From Archangium sp. (GTDB taxonomy: Bacteria > Myxococcota > Myxococcia > Myxococcales > Myxococcaceae), in contig JANLPS010000465.1 of assembly GCA_031367385.1 (NCBI GenBank), positions 1 to 37,341 of the forward strand: a stretch of 37,341 nt of DNA. Reading direction: 5' to 3'. Each line of letters begins with the position of its first letter. The stretch's first letter is position 1. A model generated the notes under the pieces. That model was not told where the DNA came from, made no database searches, and saw only the letters and a list, made by a program, of their open reading frames with translations. Shown one piece after another: positions 8,614 to 16,585 of this stretch. A program made the translations under genes and the position numbers.

Positions 8614-9207
8614 ATGTCGAACCTGATGCGCAGACTCCTGGTCGCCTGGTTGTGTGTCAACGCGATGCCGGCGCAGGCCGATTGGGTCACAAAGTCGGCG
8701 TGCTTGGGTACCAAACCCTCGGCCACCACGCGGCTCGCGAAGGTTCGAGAAGAGGCGAAATGGTTTTTGAACCCGTCAGGTGATGAGGCTTGGGAGCCGG
8801 GCGAAAATGACCCGCGACTCAAAGCGTACGTCTGCCTCGAGGCGCTCGCAGCCACTGGTCAACGCGCGAAGATCATCTATTTGCGAAACCACGTCGCGGT
8901 CGTGTTCTGGGTCGACCTCGCTGGGCTCGTCGACGTGCCCGTCACTCCCGCGACATGGTTGCAGTCGCGCGGGTTGCTCCAAGAAGGTGAAGAGAGCGGC
9001 GAGACTGGCTGCCTCAAGGAATTCGCGCCTGGCACCCTGTTCTACGACCAGCCAGACGGCCGTGTGGTCGGCGTCGTCACAGGCGGCACGGTGTGGCTCG
9101 GAGGCTGGGGCACCGACCGACGAAGGAGCGGCACCTGGGCGAAGACGGCCGTCAGACCACACGGGGCCTGGCTCAAAGACACGGCACGCTCCTGGTGCCC
9201 GGAGTAA
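8614..9207 (+). CDS. Hypothetical exported protein
   Basis: Signal-like N-terminus (MRRLLVAWLCVNAMPAQA|D). The ORF fills the gap between neighbours; the start is uncertain (8602/8614/8626). Confidence 0.6.
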   Translation: MSNLMRRLLVAWLCVNAMPAQADWVTKSACLGTKPSATTRLAKVREEAKWFLNPSGDEAWEPGENDPRLKAYVCLEALAATGQRAKIIYLRNHVAVVFWVDLAGLVDVPVTPATWLQSRGLLQEGEESGETGCLKEFAPGTLFYDQPDGRVVGVVTGGTVWLGGWGTDRRRSGTWAKTAVRPHGAWLKDTARSWCPE

Positions 9208-9211
9208 CGCT

Positions 9212-9658
9212 TTAGTCTGCTGCGCCTGGTGAAAAAGCGAGCCTGACGCAGCCGGGCATCTCGGGCAGCTCTCCGGCGATGAGCGCGCGAAAGAGGGCCG
9301 CGAGTGACATCGCCTGGGGTTGCATCACCAGCTCCGTCACCGCGTCGACCACCATGCAGGCACGGGTCTCGTCGGTCGAGACGATGGCGGGGTTGACCGA
9401 GTCGTCTTCGCAGACGCTCGCCCAGTGAAAGCCGCCCTCACGGACCAGCTGATCACCCCAGCAGAACGCCAGTGAGGCGACTTGCCGGGCTTGGGGTGAT
9501 GGGCTGCCGTTCTGGCGCAAGAAGAGCAGTACGCGTTCGAGCCCGTGCACGGTGTCTGCGGGCGTGGCGAGCTCACCTGGCAACCACTGCTTCAATGCCC
9601 GGCTCACCGCGAGGGCCAGCTCGGCCAAGTGCTTCTCACTCAGAGGCACGGGGGTCAT
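9212..9658 (-). CDS. Hypothetical protein, weak DUF3806-like resemblance
   Basis: ATGA overlap with the upstream methyltransferase stop. Segment LAFCWGDQLVREGGFHWASV. Confidence 0.65.
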   Translation of the reverse strand: MTPVPLSEKHLAELALAVSRALKQWLPGELATPADTVHGLERVLLFLRQNGSPSPQARQVASLAFCWGDQLVREGGFHWASVCEDDSVNPAIVSTDETRACMVVDAVTELVMQPQAMSLAALFRALIAGELPEMPGCVRLAFSPGAAD

Positions 9659-10254
9659 GTGGAGGCGACTCCGAAGACTTGAACGACCGCGCTCGTACCT
9701 CGATGCAGCCGGCCTTCATTCACCGTGCGCTCGAGCTCGTGAGCGATGTCGAGCCGCAGCGAGCTCAAGTCTGGCCGCAGGTCGTCGAGGCGCTGCAACA
9801 GCTCGACGTTCGGAGGCCCGCCTGTCTTCAACTCGAGCTGACGGGGCGTGTATGATTCGAGCACGAAGGCGCCGTTCGGGCGCAGCGCGGCGACCGAGGC
9901 CCGGTGCACGTTCGAGCGCATCGGCTGGGGCATGTGGCACCAGATCAGCACCACCGCATCGAACGCCGCGGGCTCGATCACGAAGTCTTTCAGGTCAGCG
10001 TGCACGGTGTGAATCGCCACGCCGCGCTCTTTCGCCAACGCGTTCGCCTTTTCGAGGCCGACGGCCGACGAATCGATCGCGGTCACTTTGAAACCCTGCT
10101 CGGCCAGATACACCGCGTTGCGACCCTCGCCTTCAGCCAGGCACAACACGGTGCCTCCAGCGGTCAGGCGCGGGCGAACTTCTCTCAAAAAATCATTCGG
10201 GTCTGACCCGTACGCAAACCCGGCGACGCGGTAGCGCTCGTCCCACGGGTTCAT
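9655..10254 (-). CDS. Class I SAM-dependent methyltransferase (TehB-like annotation family)
   Basis: MNPWDERY...YGSDPNDFL, LCLAEGEGRNAVYLA and TGGP. ATGA overlap with the prfC stop. Confidence 0.9.
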   Translation of the reverse strand: MNPWDERYRVAGFAYGSDPNDFLREVRPRLTAGGTVLCLAEGEGRNAVYLAEQGFKVTAIDSSAVGLEKANALAKERGVAIHTVHADLKDFVIEPAAFDAVVLIWCHMPQPMRSNVHRASVAALRPNGAFVLESYTPRQLELKTGGPPNVELLQRLDDLRPDLSSLRLDIAHELERTVNEGRLHRGTSAVVQVFGVAST

Positions 10255-11876
10255 GTCAGGCTCGTGATGACCGACCCTGGTTTGAGCGCCGGCGCGTACG
10301 CTTGAAAGGTGAGCTCGGGGTGCTTGTCGAGCGCGTGCTGCAGCGCCCACTCGTCGCGAAAGAGCACCAACGGCAGACCATCGCGGTCTTGCACGGTTTG
10401 GCGATTGCCCTCCCAATCGAAGGCCTTGGGGTCGAACTTGGGGGCGATCACCCAGCGCGCGAGCGAGAAGCCCATCTTGTCGATGACGATCTGCGCTCCG
10501 TACTCGTGCTCGATTCGGTACTGCAGCACTTCGAATTGCAGCTGACCGACCACGCCGACGATCGGGTCTTTCATGCCCATCTGCAGCTGCTGAAAGATCT
10601 GAATCGTGCCCTCTTCGGAGAGCTGTTCGAGGCCTTTCTCCATCTGCTTGCGCTTCATCGGGTCTTTCGAGCGAACGACCGCGAAGAACTCGGGCGAAAA
10701 CCGAGGCACGCCGTCGAACTCGAAGTTGCCCCCCTCTTGGAGCGTATCGCCGATGCGGTATTGCCCAGGGTCGAACAGACCGATCACGTCACCCGGCCAG
10801 GCGTCTTCGATGCTGGTTCGCTCGGCCGCCAGAAATTGCGACGGCTTCGCCAAGCGCACTTCTTTGTGCAGGCGGGAGTGCTGCGCGTTCATGCCTTTCA
10901 CGTACCGGCCCGACACCACCCGCAAGAACGCGATGCGATCTCGATGCGAGGGGTCCATGTTCGCTTGAATCTTGAAGACGAAGCCGCTGAATTTTTCGCG
11001 GGTCGGCTCGATGAACCCCTGGGTCGAGTCGCGGCCCATCGGAGGCGGCGCCATCTCGAGAAAGGCATCGAGAAACGGGCGCACGCCGAAGTTGGTCATC
11101 GCCGAGCCGAAGAACATCGGGCTCAGCTCGCCTGCGCGAACGCGCTCGACCGACAGCTCGTCGCCGCCGATGTCGAGCAGCTCGATGTCTTCTTTGAGCT
11201 TCTCGATTTCACTCTCGTTGAGCACCTCGAGAATCTGGGGGGCGTCGAGCGCGATGATCTTCTCTTCGACCTCGCTCTCACCGTGGCGGCCTGACGCGCT
11301 GAACACGTGCACATTCTTGCTGCGGCGGTCGTACACGCCCCGAAACTCGGGCCCGCTGCCGATCGGCCAATTCATCGGGTAGGCGCGAATACCGAGCACT
11401 TTTTCGAGGTCGTCCATCAGCTCGAGGGGTGAGCGGCCGTAGCGGTCGAGCTTGTTCGCAAACGTGAAGATGGGGATGCCGCGGAGCCTCGCGACCTTGA
11501 AGAGCTTGATGGTCTGCGGCTCGACGCCTTTCGCCGCGTCGATGAGCATCACGGCCGCGTCGGCTGCTGAGAGCGTGCGGTAGGTGTCTTCTGAGAAGTC
11601 TTGATGGCCCGGCGTGTCGAGCAGATTGACCGCGTGCCCCCGGTAGGGAAATTGGAGCACTGACGAGGTGACCGAGATGCCGCGCTCTTTCTCGAGCTCC
11701 ATCCAGTCGGAGGTGGCGTGGCGCTTCGCGCGGCGGGCCTTGACGCTGCCGGCGAGGTGAATCGCTCCGCCGTACAGCAGCAGCTTTTCGGTCAGCGTGG
11801 TCTTGCCAGCGTCGGGGTGCGAGATGATGGCGAAGGTGCGCCGGCGGGCGATTTCGCGGTCGAGCTCAATACTCAT
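10251..11876 (-). CDS. prfC: Peptide chain release factor 3
   Basis: RRRTFAIISHPDAGKTTLTEKLLL, SDWMELEKERGISV, DTPGHQDFSEDTYR, FKIQANMDPSHRDR. Confidence 0.97.
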   Translation of the reverse strand: MSIELDREIARRRTFAIISHPDAGKTTLTEKLLLYGGAIHLAGSVKARRAKRHATSDWMELEKERGISVTSSVLQFPYRGHAVNLLDTPGHQDFSEDTYRTLSAADAAVMLIDAAKGVEPQTIKLFKVARLRGIPIFTFANKLDRYGRSPLELMDDLEKVLGIRAYPMNWPIGSGPEFRGVYDRRSKNVHVFSASGRHGESEVEEKIIALDAPQILEVLNESEIEKLKEDIELLDIGGDELSVERVRAGELSPMFFGSAMTNFGVRPFLDAFLEMAPPPMGRDSTQGFIEPTREKFSGFVFKIQANMDPSHRDRIAFLRVVSGRYVKGMNAQHSRLHKEVRLAKPSQFLAAERTSIEDAWPGDVIGLFDPGQYRIGDTLQEGGNFEFDGVPRFSPEFFAVVRSKDPMKRKQMEKGLEQLSEEGTIQIFQQLQMGMKDPIVGVVGQLQFEVLQYRIEHEYGAQIVIDKMGFSLARWVIAPKFDPKAFDWEGNRQTVQDRDGLPLVLFRDEWALQHALDKHPELTFQAYAPALKPGSVITSLT

Positions 11877-11977
11877 GGCGGCCGCAGCCATAGCACCCCC
11901 CGCTCGGGCCGATGAGAGACATGTGGCAGGCGGCCCACGCAGCGGGGTTTCGCGAATTGTTTCGGCACGATGGGCGT

Positions 11978-11993
11978 TGGCACGCCGATGGCT
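11978..11993 (+). promoter_or_regulatory. Putative sigma54 (-24/-12) promoter for the TPR lipoprotein gene
   Basis: TGGCACGCCGATGGCT has a perfect TGGCACG -24 box and GG-N10-GC spacing, about 47 nt upstream of ATG12040. Confidence 0.55.
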
Positions 11994-12039
11994 CAGTCCC
12001 CCAGCACGGGACTTCTCCCGGAAAGGTCTCACAGGAGCC

Positions 12040-12963
12040 ATGTCGAAAAAATGGATTGCGGTGTGTGCAGCGGCGCTCTCGTTTGCCGCGTGTGATGAAG
12101 GCAAACCCCAAACCCCGGTCATCCCCTCCAAGGTGGTGACGCGGGCCATCGTTCGGCCAGTCGTCGCCGCGACGGTGTTCGATGCCGGGTCGAAGCTGAT
12201 TGAGCAGACACCCGTCGATTCGCTGGCGCTGTCGCACGACACGCCGTCGGTCGACCACCTCGACCGCGCGCGAAAGCTCGAGGCCGACGAAGACCTGAGC
12301 GGAGCCCTGGCCGAAGCCCGCCGCGCGCTGTACACCACGCCAAGCGACGAAGAAGCCGTCGAGCTCATCGCCCGCCTCGCGAGACGCTCGGGCAAGCCCA
12401 CCCTCTGCGCCCAAGCCTGGGAGCGCCTGGCGACGTTTCGGCCGACCGACGCGACGCCTTCGATTCAGCAGGCCCGCGCGCTGTTCAAAGCCAAAGACTA
12501 CGCCGGCATGGTGATCGCGGGGCGTGAGGCCATCTCGCGCGACTCCGAGAACGCCGAGGCGCATCACCTGGTGGGCCTGGGGCAGCTCTCACTGGGAGAC
12601 CTCACCAGCGCGATGGGCAGCTTCGAGCGGGCGGTCGAGATTTCACCCGAGCATGGCTACGCCTTGAACAACCTGGGGCTCACCTACCTGCGCGCCAATG
12701 AGAACGCCAAGGCGGTCGACGTGCTCGAGCGGGCTTCAGCGCTGTTGCCCACGGTCGCCTATGTGCAGAACAACTACGGTGTCGCGCTCGAGCGAATGGG
12801 CCGCCGCGATGAAGCAAAGGCCGCCTACCAACACGCGATGGATCTCTCGCCCAAATACGTCAAGGCCAGGCTGAATGCGGCGCGCGTGGCGAAGGTGCAG
12901 ATCGAGCCTGAAGACATCGAAGACGAGCCGCTGAATGACGTGCCGCACCCGATGCCGCAGTGA
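12040..12963 (+). CDS. TPR-repeat lipoprotein
   Basis: AGGAG RBS and lipobox FAAC. TPR motifs AEAHHLVGLG, GYALNNLGLTY and AYVQNNYGVAL. Confidence 0.88.
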   Translation: MSKKWIAVCAAALSFAACDEGKPQTPVIPSKVVTRAIVRPVVAATVFDAGSKLIEQTPVDSLALSHDTPSVDHLDRARKLEADEDLSGALAEARRALYTTPSDEEAVELIARLARRSGKPTLCAQAWERLATFRPTDATPSIQQARALFKAKDYAGMVIAGREAISRDSENAEAHHLVGLGQLSLGDLTSAMGSFERAVEISPEHGYALNNLGLTYLRANENAKAVDVLERASALLPTVAYVQNNYGVALERMGRRDEAKAAYQHAMDLSPKYVKARLNAARVAKVQIEPEDIEDEPLNDVPHPMPQ

Positions 12964-12970
12964 CTTGAAG

Positions 12971-13008
12971 GGTGGCGGCGTCTCGACCGGTTTCGAGGCG
13001 CCGCCATC
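12971..13008. terminator. GC-rich hairpin between convergent genes (likely bidirectional terminator)
   Basis: GGTGGCGGCGTCTCGA-ccggtt-TCGAGGCGCCGCCATC forms a 16-bp stem with two G-U pairs. No strong U-tract. Confidence 0.65.
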
Positions 13009-13009
13009 G

Positions 13010-13564
13010 TCAGTGCGGGAGCGAGGCGCTCACGTCGAACGCCACCGCGTACTGCAGCTTCTGCCCCGGCCGGTCTCGCATCGCCATCACCGGCTCGAAA
13101 ATCACCACCAGCACCCTCGGGCTGGCCATGAAGACTTTCTCAATCGACTCGATGCCATCGACCGGCTGCCACTCGACGACCCGAACGGTCTTTTTCTGGG
13201 CGGTGGCCTCGATGACGAGCGTGGTCGAAACCTCTGGTTCGAGCGGCCCGATGGGGTCACCGGCCATGCCCATGCGGGCACCGTCGGTCGCCTTCGTGCG
13301 CTCGATACGCGCCGACAAGGCCCAGGCGCCGACCTTCTTGGTCGCGCGGGGCGGCGACGAAAACCGCAGCGCCGGCACCTCTGAGAGCGCTTGGGTGCAA
13401 TCGGGGGTTTGCAGCTCGGTGCCGCCCTCGCGGTAGGTCGCCAGCGGCTGGCACACGTGCCCGTCTTTTGTTCGCAGTGAGCCGGTGGCGCTCACTCCGT
13501 TGAAGGGCACTTGCGCGAACGCCGCTGCCGAGAACAACGCGAACGGCACCCAGGCTCTCGTCAT
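13010..13564 (-). CDS. Hypothetical exported protein
   Basis: Signal peptide MTRAWVPFALFSAAAFA|Q, a Cys pair and a beta-rich sequence. Confidence 0.7.
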   Translation of the reverse strand: MTRAWVPFALFSAAAFAQVPFNGVSATGSLRTKDGHVCQPLATYREGGTELQTPDCTQALSEVPALRFSSPPRATKKVGAWALSARIERTKATDGARMGMAGDPIGPLEPEVSTTLVIEATAQKKTVRVVEWQPVDGIESIEKVFMASPRVLVVIFEPVMAMRDRPGQKLQYAVAFDVSASLPH

Positions 13565-13591
13565 GCGACGGCAATAGCATGGGCCCGCTCG

Positions 13592-14572
13592 TCAGTACTT
13601 CTTGCTTTGAATGTTCTTGTACACGTTGCCCTGCTTCGAGTTGATGCGCGTGCCGTACGAGTCGGCGTTCTCGGTCGCCTGGGTGCCTGAAATCGGAGTG
13701 GCATTGACCGCCTTCGGCGCCGCTGACTCGTTCGACTTGACCCACGCCTTCACGCTCGCTTCAGAGGGCTTTTCGGCGGCGGCTTTCAGCTCGAGCCCCG
13801 ACGCATCGAGGTAAGCCGAGTTGAGGAGCTGGTCTCGGTACTCGAGAAACAGCTCAGGCGACGCAAAGACCTCGAGCGAGAGAATGTTGCCGTTCACTGC
13901 GGTCATCAGGCCGACCATCTTGGCCGCGTCGGGGTGCGCGGCGATCTTGTCTCCGATGTCGGCGCGAAACGGCTTCATGACTTCATCGCCCTCTTTGCCC
14001 GTGGCCAGGGTGCGATAGGTGCCTGTGTTGCTCGAGGCCTTGAGCGCCGAGGTCTTCTTGGCCACATGGTCCCACACGCCTGATTGATCGTGATCAGCGC
14101 GGGCGATTCGACGCAATTTGCCCTCCGCCAGACCTCCAAGCGCGCCGAATTGGCCTTGCCCGTTCCACCGGCCGTGCTCGACGCAGAAGACTTCGATGCT
14201 TCGGCTGGTCTTGGGTTCGAGCAGCGTGTCGGCGCTGATCAGCCGGTCTTGCTGGCCGCCCAGAATCAGCTCTCCGGCCAACAAAAGCAGCGGCCGGTCG
14301 GAACTGTTGCGCACGGTGACGTGATTGACGTCTCCGCCGCCCGGTATTTCGCGCACCGAGACCAGCTTCTCTTTGAGCCCCTCCTTGAGGGTCATGTATT
14401 TCGTCTCGTCGCCTTCTCCAGGCGCGACGCGAATCACCGGGTACACCGACAATTTCCCATGGGTGAACGGCTCGAGCACTTGAATGCCCGGCTCGAGCTC
14501 GAAGCCCGACGACGCCGATGCAATTGACGAGACGATGAAGACCGCGGCCGCGAGGCGAAGACGAAATGACAT
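13592..14572 (-). CDS. Exported DUF6569 / ARPP-1-like domain protein
   Basis: Signal peptide, then VNHVTVRNSSDRPLLLLAGELILGGQQDRLI...IEVFCVEHGRW and QSGVWDHV. Confidence 0.75.
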   Translation of the reverse strand: MSFRLRLAAAVFIVSSIASASSGFELEPGIQVLEPFTHGKLSVYPVIRVAPGEGDETKYMTLKEGLKEKLVSVREIPGGGDVNHVTVRNSSDRPLLLLAGELILGGQQDRLISADTLLEPKTSRSIEVFCVEHGRWNGQGQFGALGGLAEGKLRRIARADHDQSGVWDHVAKKTSALKASSNTGTYRTLATGKEGDEVMKPFRADIGDKIAAHPDAAKMVGLMTAVNGNILSLEVFASPELFLEYRDQLLNSAYLDASGLELKAAAEKPSEASVKAWVKSNESAAPKAVNATPISGTQATENADSYGTRINSKQGNVYKNIQSKKY

Positions 14573-14666
14573 GGCGAACCCTTGGGGAAAGTGGGAGCCA
14601 CCCTCAACGACTCGCCCCGCGATCGGATTTACGGGCTGATTTGATTTCTATCACTACCCGCACCCC

Positions 14667-14786
14667 ATGCTCCCGCGCCTGCTCGAGCCCAAGACCTACT
14701 CGGTGCTGTTTCGCTCCATCGCGTGCAAGGGCGGTGGCCGCTTCAGCCTCGACGCGCTTCGGGCGCCATCAGCACAGAAGAAGTGA
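14667..14786 (+). pseudogene. 39-codon ORF resembling the C-terminus of a DoxX-family membrane protein (gene remnant or small protein)
   Basis: MLPRLLEPKTYSVLFRSIACKGGGRFSLDALRAPSAQKK. GGGRFSLDAL is the typical DoxX C-terminal motif and third positions are nearly all G/C. An in-frame TGA lies upstream at 14637. Confidence 0.45.
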
Positions 14787-14871
14787 CCGCCGCCGAGTGA
14801 CGAGGGGAGGTCAACGGCGCCCCGTCGGGTTTCAAATTGCGCCCGCTGGCAAGTGACCGCACACTGGCGTC

Positions 14872-16458
14872 ATGCGCCATGTGTTCGTGATGGTCTCGAC
14901 GGGAGTGGTGATCGCGCTGGTGTTGCTGAGCCTCCAGTGGCCGTCAGCGGCCTGGAGCTTCGTGGTCGTCGCGCCCCTGGTGGCCCGCGGGTACGCCGAC
15001 ATGTTTCAGCGCCGCAAAGCGATTCGCCGCAACTTCCCCCTGGTGGGTAACTTTCGGTACCTGTTCGAGCTGATTCGGCCAGAGATCAACCAGTACTTCG
15101 TCGAGTCGAACACCGATGGCATGCCCTTCAACCGTGACACTCGGTCATTGGTGTATCAGCGCGCCAAGCGCGAGCCCGACACGATGCCCTTCGGCACCAA
15201 GCTCGACGTGAACGCGGTCGGGTACGAGTGGCTCAACCATTCGCTGGCCCCGGTGCACGCCGACCCCGCGACCCTGCGCATCACCGTCGGAGGCCCGGCC
15301 TGCACCAAGCCCTACTCGGCCAGCATCTTCAATGTCTCGGCGATGAGCTACGGCTCGTTGTCGAAGAACGCGGTGCTCGCACTCAATGGCGGCGCCAAGC
15401 TCGGCAACTTCGCGCACGACACGGGTGAGGGCGGCCTCAGCCCGTATCACCTGCAGCCCGGCGGCGACCTCGTGTGGGAAATAGGGACAGGCTACTTTTC
15501 GGCCCGGACCCTCGACGGCAAGTTCTCGCCCGAGCGCTTCGCCGAGAACGCCCGGCGGCCCGAGGTGAAGATGACCGAGCTCAAGCTCTCGCAGGGCGCG
15601 AAGCCGGGGCACGGCGGCATTCTGCCGGCGGCGAAGGTCACTCCAGAGATCGCGGCCATTCGCGGCGTGGCGGTGGGCAAAGACGTGCTCTCGCCCCCCG
15701 CGCACTCGGCGTTCAGCACGCCGACGGGGTTGCTCGAGTTCTTGCAGCAGATGCGCGAGCTCTCAGAGGGCAAGCCCGTGGGCTTCAAGCTCTGCATCGG
15801 CAAACCACGTGAGTTTCTGGCGATTTGCAAAGCGATGAAGACGACCGGCATCACGCCCGACTTCATCACTGTCGATGGCGGCGAAGGGGGCACCGGCGCG
15901 GCTCCACTGGAGTTCTCGAACTCGGTCGGGTCACCGCTGCGCGAGTCGCTGATTTTCGTGCACAACGCGCTGACCGGGTTCGCGGTTCGCAAGCACGTGA
16001 AGGTGTTCTGCAGTGGCCGCATCGTGACCGGCACCGATGTGGTGACCCGGCTGGCGACGGGGGCCGACGCGTGCAACTCGGCGCGGGCGATGATGATGGC
16101 GCTGGGGTGCATTCAGGCGCTGCGGTGCAACACCAACGCGTGCCCCACCGGCGTGGCGACGCAAGACCCGCAGTTGATGGTCGGGCTCGACGTGAACGAC
16201 AAGACTTCGCGGGTGGCGAACTATCATCGCGAGACGGTGAAGACCGTGGCTGAGCTGATCGGGGCGATGGGCATCTCGCATACGAACGAGCTGCGGCCCT
16301 GGCACGTGATGCGGCGCACCGGGTTCTCGCAGATCAAGAATTACGGCGAGCTCTTCGAGTTCATCGAGGAGGGCTCGTTGCTGTCGGGCACTCCGCCAGC
16401 GGCGTTCGCGAGGCCTCTCGCTGCGGCGCGGGCCGAGACTTTTGCTGCGGCGTCATGA
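14872..16458 (+). CDS. FMN-binding glutamate synthase family protein
   Basis: SAMSYGSLS, DTGEGGLS, KLSQGAKPGHGGILP, VDGGEGGTGAAP and the CIQALRCNTNACPTGVATQD Fe-S motif, with an N-terminal TM segment. Confidence 0.93.
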   Translation: MRHVFVMVSTGVVIALVLLSLQWPSAAWSFVVVAPLVARGYADMFQRRKAIRRNFPLVGNFRYLFELIRPEINQYFVESNTDGMPFNRDTRSLVYQRAKREPDTMPFGTKLDVNAVGYEWLNHSLAPVHADPATLRITVGGPACTKPYSASIFNVSAMSYGSLSKNAVLALNGGAKLGNFAHDTGEGGLSPYHLQPGGDLVWEIGTGYFSARTLDGKFSPERFAENARRPEVKMTELKLSQGAKPGHGGILPAAKVTPEIAAIRGVAVGKDVLSPPAHSAFSTPTGLLEFLQQMRELSEGKPVGFKLCIGKPREFLAICKAMKTTGITPDFITVDGGEGGTGAAPLEFSNSVGSPLRESLIFVHNALTGFAVRKHVKVFCSGRIVTGTDVVTRLATGADACNSARAMMMALGCIQALRCNTNACPTGVATQDPQLMVGLDVNDKTSRVANYHRETVKTVAELIGAMGISHTNELRPWHVMRRTGFSQIKNYGELFEFIEEGSLLSGTPPAAFARPLAAARAETFAAAS

Positions 16459-16476
16459 TTGGGGACACGCGGGCCG

Positions 16477-16573
16477 CCGTTCGTCCTGAGCGAAGACGAA
16501 GGACCCATCGGATTCTCGTTCAAGGCTTTTGGGGGCTGACTTGCAGGTCCTTCGAGTCCCTCAGGATGAGCGG
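16477..16573. repeat. REP/MITE-like imperfect inverted repeat between convergent genes
   Basis: Left arm CCGTTCGTCCTGAG-cgaaga-CGAAGGACC (16477-16505); right arm GGTCCTTCG-agtcc-CTCAGGATGAGCGG (16546-16573); 40-nt spacer. Confidence 0.7.
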
Positions 16574-16585
16574 GGGGACCCGGGG

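Noticed and set aside
11877..12401. N-terminal extensions given by the ORF track for prfC, the TPR protein, ugd, UbiA, uppS and the WGR protein
   Set aside because: The extensions overlap neighbouring genes and precede the family-conserved N-termini. Downstream starts with an RBS or stop/start overlap fit better.
14847..14861. Sigma54-like TGGCAAGTGACCGC upstream of the glutamate synthase-family gene
   Set aside because: GG-to-GC spacing is 9 rather than the required 10 nt.
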